From Chthoniobacteraceae bacterium (lineage in GTDB: Bacteria; Verrucomicrobiota; Verrucomicrobiia; Chthoniobacterales; Chthoniobacteraceae): a DNA stretch of 22,283 bases. Made by a program: the position numbers and the translations under genes. Position 1 is the stretch's first letter. Each line of letters begins with the position of its first letter. The notes under the pieces were generated by a model. It saw nothing but the letters and a program-made list of their open reading frames with translations, ran no database searches and was not told the DNA's origin. Of the stretch, positions 1-8,873 are shown one piece after another. The stretch lies in assembly GCA_040081625.1 (NCBI GenBank), contig JBEBGD010000090.1, forward strand, positions 1 to 22,283. The letters run 5' to 3'.

Positions 1-57
1 CCGCAGGGCCGCCCGATCCCACGAACGTCTCGCTTCGAGCGACGACGCCCGCGGCGG

Positions 58-98
58 GCCAAACGCCAAACGCCAAACGCCAAACGCCAAACGCGAAA
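58..98 (+). repeat. Tandem heptamer repeat (GCCAAAC)x5 plus a partial copy
   Basis: Five perfect GCCAAAC units at 58-92, then GCGAAA running into AAGGAG (97-102), a likely RBS 10 nt before the ATG at 113. Confidence 0.95.
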
Positions 99-112
99 GG
101 AGCCCACTTCCC

Positions 113-1861
113 ATGACCTGGCTCCAGCCGTGGGCCGCATGGTTTCTCGCCGGGCTGCCGCTCATCGTCATGCTTTACATGCTGAAGGTGCGCCGTCGCC
201 CCGTGACGGTCAGCACGCTCATCTTCTGGCAACGTGTCGTGCAGGAGCACCGGCGGCGCGCGCTCTTTCAGCGGCTGCGCAGCCTGCTCTCGCTGCTGCT
301 GCACCTGCTCATCTTCGCGCTCATCGTCGCCGCGCTCGCGCGGCCGACGCTCGATCGCTTCGTGCGCGACGGCGCATCGGCCGTCGTGGTGCTCGACGTG
401 CGCGCGCGGATGTCGGCGCTCGAGTCCGATGGCGAGACGCGCCTCGCCAAAGCCGCTCGCGAAGGCCTCGCCACCGTCCGCGACGCATCGGCCAGCCGGC
501 AGTTCGCGCTCATCACCGCCGGCCCGCAGGCCACGGTCCTCGTTCCCTTCACCGGCGACGAACGCGTGCTGCGCGAGGCCCTCGCGCAAGTCGATCCAAC
601 CGACGCCGGCGGCGATCTCGCGCCCGCGCTCGCGCTCGCGAACGACCTCCTCGCGACGCGGCAAGGCGAACGCAGGACCATCGTATTCACCGATCGCCCG
701 GTCACGGGATCGCACACCGCCCGCATCGTCGGCACGCCGCGCGACAATGCCGGCATCACGCGTTTCGCAGCGCGTCCGCTGCCCGCTTCGCCCTCGACGA
801 GCGAAGTGCTGATCGAAGTGCGCAACTTCGGCCGCGCCGAGTTGAAGACGAATCTCGAACTGCGCTACGACGACCGCCTGCTCGACGTGAAGCCGCTCGC
901 GATCGAGCCCGGTGGCAAACAAAGCCTCGTTTTCCCGAGCGTCCCCCGACCCACGGCGACGGCACGCGGCCACTTCACCGCCACACTCGACACGACCGAC
1001 GCACTCGCCGCCGACAACCTCGCGCGCGTCTGGCTGCCGCCGCCGCGCCCGGTGCGCGTCCTCCTCATCAGCCGCGGCAACGTCTTCCTCGAAAAGGCGC
1101 TCTCGGCCGATCCGACGATCAGCTACGAACTGCTCGCTCCCGATGCATGGAGCGACGCGCTCGGCACGAAGTTCGACGTGGTTCTCTTCGACGACTTTCT
1201 CCCCGCGACCACGGCGCCCGTCGCCGCGTTCTACGTGAAGCGAACTCCCTTCGACGCCGCCGGTCCGCCGCTCGATCAACCCGCTCTCACCGAGATCGAC
1301 ACGACGCACCCGACGCTGCGCCTGCTCGACTTCACGCAGACCACCGTCCTCCGCGCGCAGTCGCTCGCTCTCCCGCCGCCCGATTCCGAGTGGAGCTACA
1401 TCGCGCCGCTGCGCTCGTTCGACCACGCGCTTTTCATCGTCGGTGAAAAGCGCGGCGAGAAGCCTCTGCGCGTCGCCGCGCTCGGCCTCGACCTCGCCGC
1501 GACCGACCTGCCGCTGCGCGTCGCCTTCCCGCTGCTCGTCACGCACACCGTTCACTGGCTCGCTGGCACGAATGTCGAATTGCCGACCGCCGTCCGCGCC
1601 GCCGAGCGTGCGCCATTCACGAACGGATTCATTCCGCAAACGCGCGAAGGCCGCGCGGAATGGCTCGCGGTGAACACCTTCGACGAAGCCGAATCGAATC
1701 TGCTCTTCGACGCCGCGCCGAAGGATCCGGCGACACCGCTTCCCTACCGCAATGCGCTCGCGGGCTTCGCCGCGTGGCCGTTCTGGCGCTACCTCGCCCT
1801 CGGCGCGCTCGTGCTCTTCACGCTCGAGTGGTCGCTCTTTCACCGCCGCCGCACCGAGTGA
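113..1861 (+). CDS. BatA-type N-terminal domain + vWA-domain membrane protein
   Basis: N-terminal double-TM BatA-like pattern (LAGLPLIVMLYMLK...VSTLIFW...LARP), vWA strand VVVLDVRARMS, DxLAADN motif, C-terminal TM ending LEWSLFHRR. RBS AAGGAG upstream. Confidence 0.85.
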   Translation: MTWLQPWAAWFLAGLPLIVMLYMLKVRRRPVTVSTLIFWQRVVQEHRRRALFQRLRSLLSLLLHLLIFALIVAALARPTLDRFVRDGASAVVVLDVRARMSALESDGETRLAKAAREGLATVRDASASRQFALITAGPQATVLVPFTGDERVLREALAQVDPTDAGGDLAPALALANDLLATRQGERRTIVFTDRPVTGSHTARIVGTPRDNAGITRFAARPLPASPSTSEVLIEVRNFGRAELKTNLELRYDDRLLDVKPLAIEPGGKQSLVFPSVPRPTATARGHFTATLDTTDALAADNLARVWLPPPRPVRVLLISRGNVFLEKALSADPTISYELLAPDAWSDALGTKFDVVLFDDFLPATTAPVAAFYVKRTPFDAAGPPLDQPALTEIDTTHPTLRLLDFTQTTVLRAQSLALPPPDSEWSYIAPLRSFDHALFIVGEKRGEKPLRVAALGLDLAATDLPLRVAFPLLVTHTVHWLAGTNVELPTAVRAAERAPFTNGFIPQTREGRAEWLAVNTFDEAESNLLFDAAPKDPATPLPYRNALAGFAAWPFWRYLALGALVLFTLEWSLFHRRRTE

Positions 1862-4467
1862 ACGCCATCGAAGTCGGTCATCCATGGATTCTCGCGCTGG
1901 CTCTGCCGCTGGCGCTGCTGCTCTGGCTCGGCCAGCGGCGTTCTCTCGCCGACCTCACGCGCTCGGGACGCGTGGTGTGCGGCATCGTGCGCGCGCTCGT
2001 GCTCACGCTGCTCCTGCTCGCGCTCGCCCGCATCCACGCGCTGCTGCCGGGCGGAAAGACGGGCGTCATGTTCGTGCTCGATCGGTCGGCCAGCGTGTCC
2101 GCTGAGGCACGACGGAGCGCGGAGGAATTCGTCGCGACAAGTTTTGCCGCAAAGCCCGCGAGCGCGCTCGCCGGCGTCGTCGGCTTCGCGGAACGGCCCG
2201 CCCTGTGGCTCCCTCCAAGCGAACTACCGAAGCTGCCGCAAGCTTGGCCGGACCTCCCTGACCGCAATCGCACCGCGCTCGCGCACGCGCTGGATTTCGC
2301 CGGCGCCCTGCTGCCGGCGGAAGCACACCGCCGCGTGGTGCTGCTCAGCGATGGCAACGACACATCCGGCGGCGCGAGCGATGCCGCACGCCGCCTCGCC
2401 GCGAGCGGCGTCGAACTTTTCACAGTGCCGCTGCGCAACGCGGACGCGCCCGAGGTGCTCGTGGAGCGCGTCGAAGTCCCGCCCCAACTCAAGGCGGGCG
2501 AACCGTTCGACCTGAGCGCCACCGTCCGCAGCAGCGTCGCCACCACGGCCAAGGCGAAGTTCTATCAGAACCAATTCCTGATCGAGCAGCGCGACGTCTC
2601 GCTCAATCCCGGCGCGAATCTGCTGACGGCCGCGAATCTCCGCGCCGACGGCACGTTCGTGACCTACGAAGTCGAGGTCATCCCCGCTGCGGATACGCTC
2701 GTCGAAAACAATCGCGCACAGGCCACCGCGAGCCTGCGCGGGCAGCCACGCGTGCTGCTCGTCGATTCCGACGAAGCCCGACTGCGTCCGCTCGCGGATG
2801 CGCTTCGACGGGAGAAGATCCAAGCCGACACCCGCGGCGTCGCCGGTCTGCCGCGTTCGCTCGAAGACCTGCAACAGTTCGACCTGCTCGGGCTCAGCGA
2901 TGTCTCCGCGTTCGCCGTTTCCCGCGAGCAGATGGAGCTGTATCGCCGCTGGGTGCAGGATTTCGGCGGCGGCTTCCTCATGCTCGGCGGCGAGAGCAGC
3001 TTCGGTGTCGGCGGCTACTACCGCACGCCGGTCGAGCAGTTGCTCCCGGTGCAGATGGAGCATCAGGACAGGCAGGATGTTCCGAGCGTCGCACTGCTGA
3101 TCGTGCTCGACCGCTCCGGTTCGATGAGCGCGCTCGTGCAGGGCCAGACGAAGATGTCGCTCGCGAACCAGGGCGCCGTCTTCGCGTTGAACGTGCTCCA
3201 GCCGCGCGACTATTTCGGCGTGCTCGCTGTGGATGTCCGTGCGCACACCGTGGCGCCGCTCGCGCAGCACGGGAACAAGGATCCGATCGCGCAGAAGATC
3301 ATGAGCGTCACCGCGGGCGGTGGCGGCATCTATATCTACACATCGATGGTCGAGGCGTTCGCGCAGCTCCGCGACATGCCCGCGCGCATCAAGCATCTCA
3401 TCCTCTTTTCCGACGCCGCCGACGCGGAGGAAAAGAGCGCCGGCGAGATGGGCGACGGCGCGCCCGGCAGCGGCACGTCGCTCGATCTCGCCAGCGCGAT
3501 GCTCTCGTCGAAGATCACGACCTCGGTCGTCGCGCTCGGGCTCGAGACGGATCGCGACACCGCCTTCCTGCGGCAGCTCGCCGAGCGGGGGAATGGCCGC
3601 TTCTACCTCACGAGCGACGCGACCACGCTGCCGCAGATTTTCAGCACCGAGACGATGAAGGTCGCGCAGTCGAGCCTCATCGAGGAGCCGTTCCAGGCCG
3701 TCGCCGCGCGACCGTCGCCGATCCTCGGCGGCATCGACTGGGCGCAGTCGCCGCTGCTACTCGGCTACAATGCGACCAAGCCGAAACCGACCGCCGACGT
3801 GCTGCTCGCGACCGAGCGCGGCGAACCGCTACTCGCGGTGTGGCGCTACGGGCTCGGACAGTCGGCCGCATTCACCAGCGACGCGAAGGCGCGCTGGGCG
3901 AGCGAGTGGCTCGGGTGGCCGGGCTACGGGAAATTCTGGGCGCAGGTCGTGCGCGGCGTGATGCGCAAGAGCGACCGCGCGAGCTTCGCGATCGACACGC
4001 GCGAAACGGGCGACCGGCTAACGCTGACGATCGACGCGATGAAGCCGGACGGGAGCTTTCGCAATCAACTGCCGTTGACGATCAGCGCGCTCCGACCCGA
4101 CGGCACGAGTCTCGCGCTCACACCCGTGCAGGAGGCGCCGGGCCGCTACCGCGCCGAAAGCGAACTGCCCGAGGCCGGCACGACGATGTTTTCCGTGAGC
4201 TCGCCGGACCTGCCCGACGGCGGCGCGACCTTCGGGCACACGCGATCGTATCCGCGCGAGTTTCTCGACACGACGACGAACGATGAACTGCTGCGTCAAC
4301 TCGCCGCGAGCGCGGGCGGTGCTTTCGATCCGCTGCCTGCCGATGTGTGGACCGCGCCGGCAATCGCCGCGGTGCAGCGGCGCGAGCTGACCGATTGGTT
4401 CCTCATCATCGCGCTCGCGCTGATCCCCGTGGACATCTTCCTGCGGCGTCGCGCGGCGGTCCGCTAA
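1858..4467 (+). CDS. Double vWA-domain membrane protein with glutamine-amidotransferase-like (DUF1355-type) domain
   Basis: GTG at 1858 overlaps the upstream TGA (GTGA). MIDAS motifs DRSAS and DRSGS, LLSDGND, GGGFLMLGGESSFGVGGY, WRYGLGQSAAFTSD, C-terminal TM. Typical of MoxR/DUF58/vWA clusters. Confidence 0.85.
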   Translation: MNAIEVGHPWILALALPLALLLWLGQRRSLADLTRSGRVVCGIVRALVLTLLLLALARIHALLPGGKTGVMFVLDRSASVSAEARRSAEEFVATSFAAKPASALAGVVGFAERPALWLPPSELPKLPQAWPDLPDRNRTALAHALDFAGALLPAEAHRRVVLLSDGNDTSGGASDAARRLAASGVELFTVPLRNADAPEVLVERVEVPPQLKAGEPFDLSATVRSSVATTAKAKFYQNQFLIEQRDVSLNPGANLLTAANLRADGTFVTYEVEVIPAADTLVENNRAQATASLRGQPRVLLVDSDEARLRPLADALRREKIQADTRGVAGLPRSLEDLQQFDLLGLSDVSAFAVSREQMELYRRWVQDFGGGFLMLGGESSFGVGGYYRTPVEQLLPVQMEHQDRQDVPSVALLIVLDRSGSMSALVQGQTKMSLANQGAVFALNVLQPRDYFGVLAVDVRAHTVAPLAQHGNKDPIAQKIMSVTAGGGGIYIYTSMVEAFAQLRDMPARIKHLILFSDAADAEEKSAGEMGDGAPGSGTSLDLASAMLSSKITTSVVALGLETDRDTAFLRQLAERGNGRFYLTSDATTLPQIFSTETMKVAQSSLIEEPFQAVAARPSPILGGIDWAQSPLLLGYNATKPKPTADVLLATERGEPLLAVWRYGLGQSAAFTSDAKARWASEWLGWPGYGKFWAQVVRGVMRKSDRASFAIDTRETGDRLTLTIDAMKPDGSFRNQLPLTISALRPDGTSLALTPVQEAPGRYRAESELPEAGTTMFSVSSPDLPDGGATFGHTRSYPREFLDTTTNDELLRQLAASAGGAFDPLPADVWTAPAIAAVQRRELTDWFLIIALALIPVDIFLRRRAAVR

Positions 4468-4478
4468 GCCGCCCGGGC

Positions 4479-5390
4479 TTACTCGTGGTCGTGTCCCTCA
4501 TGCCCCGGCCAGCGCGCGAGGCTTTCCTCGTGGAAATGGCGCGGCTGACGCAAGCGGCGCAGCACCCCGTATCGCGGGCTGAAAATCCACGTGAGCACGA
4601 AGATCACGCCGAGCGCGAGGATGATCGCCGCTCCGCTCGGCAGATTGTTCACGTGAAATGAAACGACCAGCCCGGCGACGGAACCGAACGCGCCGATCAG
4701 TCCCCCGCCCCAGAGCATCGCGGGGAAGCTGTCGCACAGCAGATACACGGTCGCTGCCGGCGCGATGAGCAGGCCGAGCATGAGGATGACGCCGACCGCA
4801 TGGACGCTCGCGACCATCGTGACGACGAGCAGAACGATGAGGAGCAGGTTGAGCGCGCCGACGAACACGCGCTGGCTGCGCGCGACCGAAGGCTCGAAGA
4901 GCAGCAGCAGGTAAGAGCGCTGAAACGCCGCGAGCAGCGGGATGCCGACGAGCGTCACGCCCCACGCGAGCCAGAGGTCCGCATTCGAGAGGCCGAGGAT
5001 GTTGCCAAACAGATAATGCTCGAGCGGCACGCGCACATTCCACACCGAGCGCAGCACCAGGCCCATCGCCACCGCGATCGTGTAGAGCACGGCGAGCGCG
5101 GTGTCCTCCTTCAGGCGCGAGCTGCGCGCGATCAACAGCGCTCCGAGCGCGACGAGCAGCGCCGCGACGAGCCCGCCGGAAAAAAGCGCGGACAACGTGA
5201 GCCCGCCGGCGAGCACCGTGCCGAGCACCAGGCCCGGCAGCATCGAGTGCGAGAGCGCATCGGCCATGAGCGCGAGCCGGCGCAGCACGACGAAGCCCCC
5301 GAGGAATCCATTGGCGAAGCCGATGATCGCGCCACCGACGAGGGCGCGCTGCATGAAGTCGTGTGTGAAAGGTTCGGTGAGCCAGGACAT
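4479..5390 (-). CDS. Mn/Zn/Fe ABC transporter permease (ABC-3, MntB/ZnuB family)
   Basis: FMQRAL..., VVLRRLALMADALSHSMLPG, HYLFGNIL, VGVILMLGLLIAPAA, LPSGAAI signatures; His-rich C-terminus. Start placed at ATG 5390 (MSWLTEPF). Confidence 0.92.
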   Translation of the reverse strand: MSWLTEPFTHDFMQRALVGGAIIGFANGFLGGFVVLRRLALMADALSHSMLPGLVLGTVLAGGLTLSALFSGGLVAALLVALGALLIARSSRLKEDTALAVLYTIAVAMGLVLRSVWNVRVPLEHYLFGNILGLSNADLWLAWGVTLVGIPLLAAFQRSYLLLLFEPSVARSQRVFVGALNLLLIVLLVVTMVASVHAVGVILMLGLLIAPAATVYLLCDSFPAMLWGGGLIGAFGSVAGLVVSFHVNNLPSGAAIILALGVIFVLTWIFSPRYGVLRRLRQPRHFHEESLARWPGHEGHDHE

Positions 5391-5403
5391 CTCGAACGCG
5401 GAC

Positions 5404-5445
5404 CATCCAACATCCCGAGTCGAACATCCAACATCCAAATTGGAA
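5404..5445. repeat. Degenerate tandem heptamer repeat (CATCCAA-like) in a divergent intergenic region
   Basis: CATCCAA CATCCCG AGTCGAA CATCCAA CATCCAA ATTGGAA, 7-nt period. Confidence 0.75.
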
Positions 5446-5511
5446 CGCGCCACTTTGCGCGATGGTTGTTGGCAGCGAGATCACTCGCAGCTAGAGGCGC
5501 ATCTCCAATCC

Positions 5512-6477
5512 ATGAAAAACGTCTCACCTCCCGACTGGCGCGCGCCGCAGTTCAGCTTCAGCTGGGTCAAGAACATCCTCATCGCGATCATTCTGCTGTG
5601 GGGATTGTTCTCATGCTACACCACGATCCCGGCCGATTCGGTCGGCATCATGACGCGGCTCGGCGGTTACAAGGACACCCTTCAGCCCGGCCTTCGTTTC
5701 CGGCTGCCGTTCGGGATCGACCTGATCACGCTCGTGCCGGTGCAGCGGCAGAAGAAGCTCGAGTTCGGATTCAACACACCCGGCGCAGGCGATCCCGATC
5801 AGTTCTCCGACCAGCCAGAGGAGGAAGCTTCGATGGTGACCGGCGACTTGAACATGGCGACCGTCGAATGGGTCGTGCAGTATCGCATCGACGATCCGAA
5901 GGCCTGGACTTTCAACGTCCGCAAGCCCGTCATGACCCTGCGCGATGCGACCGAGAGCGCGATGCGCGAAGTCGTCGGCGACCGCACCGTCGATGAAGTG
6001 CTCACGGTCGGCCGGCAGGAGATCGAAGATCACTGCCTGCTGCGGCTGAAGGAACTCGCCAGCCGCTACGGACTCGGCGTTTCGATCATGCAGGTGCAGC
6101 TCAAGAACGTGCATCCGCCGCGTCCGGTGCAGGCGAGCTTCAATGCAGTCAACCAGGCGCAGCAGGAAAAGGAGCAGCAGATCAACGTCGCCAACGGCGA
6201 ATACAACAAGGTCGTCCCGCGCGCGAGCGGCGAGGCCTTGCAGAAGATCTCCGAGGCCGAAGGCTACGCGCTCAAACGCGTGAACGAAGCACGCGGCGAC
6301 GCGGACAAATTCACCGCCGTCTTCAACGAATACCGCAAGGCGCCGGAAGTCACGCGACTGCGACTCTACCTCGAGACGATGCAGGAAGTGCTGCCGCAAT
6401 TTCAGCGCAAGGTGATCCTCGACGACAAGGCCACCGGCATCCTGCCGCTGCTCAACCTCGACTCCAAAACCCGCTAA
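5512..6477 (+). CDS. hflK: FtsH protease modulator HflK (SPFH domain)
   Basis: TM followed by LQPGLRFRLPFGID, MVTGDLNMATVEWVVQYRI, RVNEARGDADKF...YRKAPEVTRLRLYLETMQEVL; paired with hflC. Start placed at ATG 5512. Confidence 0.93.
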   Translation: MKNVSPPDWRAPQFSFSWVKNILIAIILLWGLFSCYTTIPADSVGIMTRLGGYKDTLQPGLRFRLPFGIDLITLVPVQRQKKLEFGFNTPGAGDPDQFSDQPEEEASMVTGDLNMATVEWVVQYRIDDPKAWTFNVRKPVMTLRDATESAMREVVGDRTVDEVLTVGRQEIEDHCLLRLKELASRYGLGVSIMQVQLKNVHPPRPVQASFNAVNQAQQEKEQQINVANGEYNKVVPRASGEALQKISEAEGYALKRVNEARGDADKFTAVFNEYRKAPEVTRLRLYLETMQEVLPQFQRKVILDDKATGILPLLNLDSKTR

Positions 6478-6481
6478 TCCA

Positions 6482-7456
6482 ATGCAAGCCGCCGCACGTT
6501 CCCTACTCATCCTCATCGGCTTCATCGCCATCCTCGCGATCACCGGCGCGTTCTACGTAATCCCGGAAACCGAGCAGGTGCTCATCACCCAATTCGGCAA
6601 GCCCGTCGGCGCGCCGATCACCACCGCCGGGCTCAAGTTCAAGGTTCCGTTCATCCAGGAGGTCAACCGCATCGACAAGCGCGTGCTGCCGTGGGACGGC
6701 CCGTCCGCCGAGATGCCGACCAAGGACAAGCTCTACATCAACGTCGATGCCTTCGGCCGCTGGCAGATCACCGACGCGCTGACGTATTTCCGGCGCTTCA
6801 CCGACGAGCGCGCCGCGCAAAGCCGGCTCGACGACATCCTCGGATCGGAAATGCGCAACACCATCGCGCGCCATGACCTTGTGGAGGTGATCCGCACCGT
6901 CAAGGGTCGCAAGGCCGTGATCGAAGCGGTCACCACGGGCGTATCCACGGGCGGGCTCCCACCCATCAAGCTCGGCCGCGTCGCGCTTGAGCACGAAGTC
7001 TTCGAGGCCGCGAAAACCAAGCTCGCCGAGTTCGGCATCGAACTGCTCGACGTGCGTTTCATGCGCATCAACTACAACGGCGCGGTCGCCACGAAGATCT
7101 TCGATCGCATGACCTCCGAGCGCCAGCAGATCGCCGACCGATTCAAGAGCGAAGGCGCCGGCGAAGCCGCGAAGATCATCGGCGAAAAAGAGCGTGAGCT
7201 GCGGCGGGTCGAGTCCGAGGCTTATCAAAAGACCCAGGGCATCACGGGCAAGGCCGACGCCGAGGCCACGGCGATCTACGCCCAGGCCTTCAACGCCAGC
7301 CCGGAGGCGCGCGAGTTCTACGAGTTCCTCCGCGCGATGGAGGCCTACAAGACCAGCTTCACGACCGAGACGACGCTCGTGCTCACGACCGACAGCGCGC
7401 TGCTGCGCTTCCTCAAGACAGCGACGCCGGCACCCCTGCCGCCGCCTCAGCCCTGA
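6482..7456 (+). CDS. hflC: FtsH protease modulator HflC (SPFH domain)
   Basis: EQVLITQFGKPV, GLKFKVPFIQEV, PTKDK, RMTSERQQIADRFKSEGAGEA, EFYEFLRAMEAY; 4 bp after hflK. Confidence 0.93.
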   Translation: MQAAARSLLILIGFIAILAITGAFYVIPETEQVLITQFGKPVGAPITTAGLKFKVPFIQEVNRIDKRVLPWDGPSAEMPTKDKLYINVDAFGRWQITDALTYFRRFTDERAAQSRLDDILGSEMRNTIARHDLVEVIRTVKGRKAVIEAVTTGVSTGGLPPIKLGRVALEHEVFEAAKTKLAEFGIELLDVRFMRINYNGAVATKIFDRMTSERQQIADRFKSEGAGEAAKIIGEKERELRRVESEAYQKTQGITGKADAEATAIYAQAFNASPEAREFYEFLRAMEAYKTSFTTETTLVLTTDSALLRFLKTATPAPLPPPQP

Positions 7457-7466
7457 GCCGATCGGG

Positions 7467-7516
7467 TGGTGGGTTGGGCGGGACTTGAACCCGCAACCAA
7501 CGCCTTAAAAGGGCGT
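7467..7516 (-). pseudogene. 3' fragment of tRNA-Lys(TTT); att site of the integrated element
   Basis: Minus strand reads ACGCC-CTTTTAA-GGCGT (anticodon arm, TTT), TGGTT, GCGGG-TTCAAGT-CCCGC (T arm), CCAACCC-A-CCA. The upstream sequence has no D arm and no GGGTTGG acceptor strand. Confidence 0.9.
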
Positions 7517-7592
7517 CGTTATACAGATAAGTATCCCCTCTATTTGCCTACCACTTGCCAAATAGAGCTTCTTTGCGTATCCATGCGTTGTC

Positions 7593-8729
7593 ATGCGCAA
7601 CACAAAACTCTCCATTCGCAAAACCCGCGTCAACGGCCGCACATTCTGGCGCGTCACCGTTCCCCGTCTTGCTGGCGGGCGCGAACGCCGAACATTCAAG
7701 AGCCACGAAGAAGCTCAAACCTTCTTCGACCTTTGCCAAGTCGAGCAACGCAATCACGGCACCGCGGCGCTGAGCATCAGCGAGGGCCTGCGCGTCGAGG
7801 CCGTCGAGTGCAGCACACTCCTGGAACCGTTTGGCAAAACACTGCGAGACGCGACGAAGTTCTACCTCAATCACCTTCGCGCCATTCAAGGCAGCCGGAC
7901 GGTGCGCGAAGTCGTCGCCGAATTGATCGCCGCCCGTGAGGCCGATGGCATGGCGCCGCGATATGTCGGCGATCTCCGCGCCCGCTTGAACCGCTTCGCG
8001 GCTGACTTCGGCGACAAGACGATCGCCGCTCTCTCGGCCAAGCAGATCACCGACTGGTTGCGCGCTCTCAGCGTCGGTGCTGTGACGCGAAACAGCTACC
8101 GTCGCCGGCTGGCTGCCCTGTTCAGCTTCGCCCGACGCGCCGGCTACGCTTCGGTCAACCCAATGCCCGACGTGGAAAAGGCCAAGGAGCGTGCGGGTGA
8201 AATTGAAATCCTCACCGTCGAGGAAACTGTTCGTTTGCTCGAATCAGCGAGCGTTGAAACCCTGCCGTATTGGGCCATCGCAGCGTTCACTGGAGTGCGT
8301 CCTGCCGAGATCGAGCGCCTTTCATGGGACGAAATCGACCGCGAAGGTGGTTACGTCGAAGTCAAAGCGGCAATGGCGAAGACCGCGAGTCGGCGACTCG
8401 TTCCCATCCAGCCGAACCTCGCAGCGTGGCTTGCTCCCTACGCACAAGCGCACGGCACCATTTGCCCAACGGGTCTGCGCAAGCGACTCGAAGCCGACCG
8501 GGAACGCGCCGGCCTGCGCTCAGAATGGCCACAGAACGCGTTGCGCCACGGCTACGGCTCCTATCGCCTGCCGATCTTGGGCGATGCTGGAAAACTCGCG
8601 CTCGAAATGGGCAATTCACCTACGATGGTTTTTCGTCACTACCGCGAAGTCGTGAAGCCGCGCGAGGCGGAGCGTTATTGGAACATTCGTCCCACGCGCG
8701 CGAAGAATGTCATCGCACTCACGGCCTGA
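7593..8729 (+). CDS. Tyrosine recombinase / phage-type integrase
   Basis: Arm-binding-like N-terminus (WRVTVP...RERRTFKSHEEA), core-binding region, catalytic motifs TGVRPAE, AKT, NALRH, EMGNS, RHY. Confidence 0.93.
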   Translation: MRNTKLSIRKTRVNGRTFWRVTVPRLAGGRERRTFKSHEEAQTFFDLCQVEQRNHGTAALSISEGLRVEAVECSTLLEPFGKTLRDATKFYLNHLRAIQGSRTVREVVAELIAAREADGMAPRYVGDLRARLNRFAADFGDKTIAALSAKQITDWLRALSVGAVTRNSYRRRLAALFSFARRAGYASVNPMPDVEKAKERAGEIEILTVEETVRLLESASVETLPYWAIAAFTGVRPAEIERLSWDEIDREGGYVEVKAAMAKTASRRLVPIQPNLAAWLAPYAQAHGTICPTGLRKRLEADRERAGLRSEWPQNALRHGYGSYRLPILGDAGKLALEMGNSPTMVFRHYREVVKPREAERYWNIRPTRAKNVIALTA

Positions 8730-8873
8730 TGCGCGCCTTGCCTGACTTGCGTGTCCCTCCGATGATGTGCGCACCATGAAGGCAGTCCGCTTGGTCGATG
8801 TTTCCGCCCCGCTCCCCTCACCCGTTTGCCGCGTCTTGGCTAAGAATGCCGCGCCACGTTGCCGAGCCGGGCG

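Noticed and set aside
58..98. CRISPR array
   Set aside because: 7-bp tandem units with no spacers, and no cas genes in the window.
1660..1857. N-terminal extension of the 935-aa ORF
   Set aside because: It overlaps the upstream gene and is Arg/Pro-rich; the GTGA-coupled start at 1858 is more plausible.
5101..5511. N-terminal extension of hflK (458-aa ORF)
   Set aside because: It overlaps the opposite-strand permease and the heptamer repeat; HflK-like sequence begins at ATG 5512.
5512..7456. Functional link between hflKC (lysogeny control in lambda) and the adjacent element
   Set aside because: hflKC has host-like codon style and lies outside the att scar; the adjacency is explained by the tRNA target.
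7467..7545. Intact tRNA-Lys gene
   Set aside because: The region where the D arm and 5' acceptor strand should lie cannot pair with CCAACCC; only the 3' half is present.
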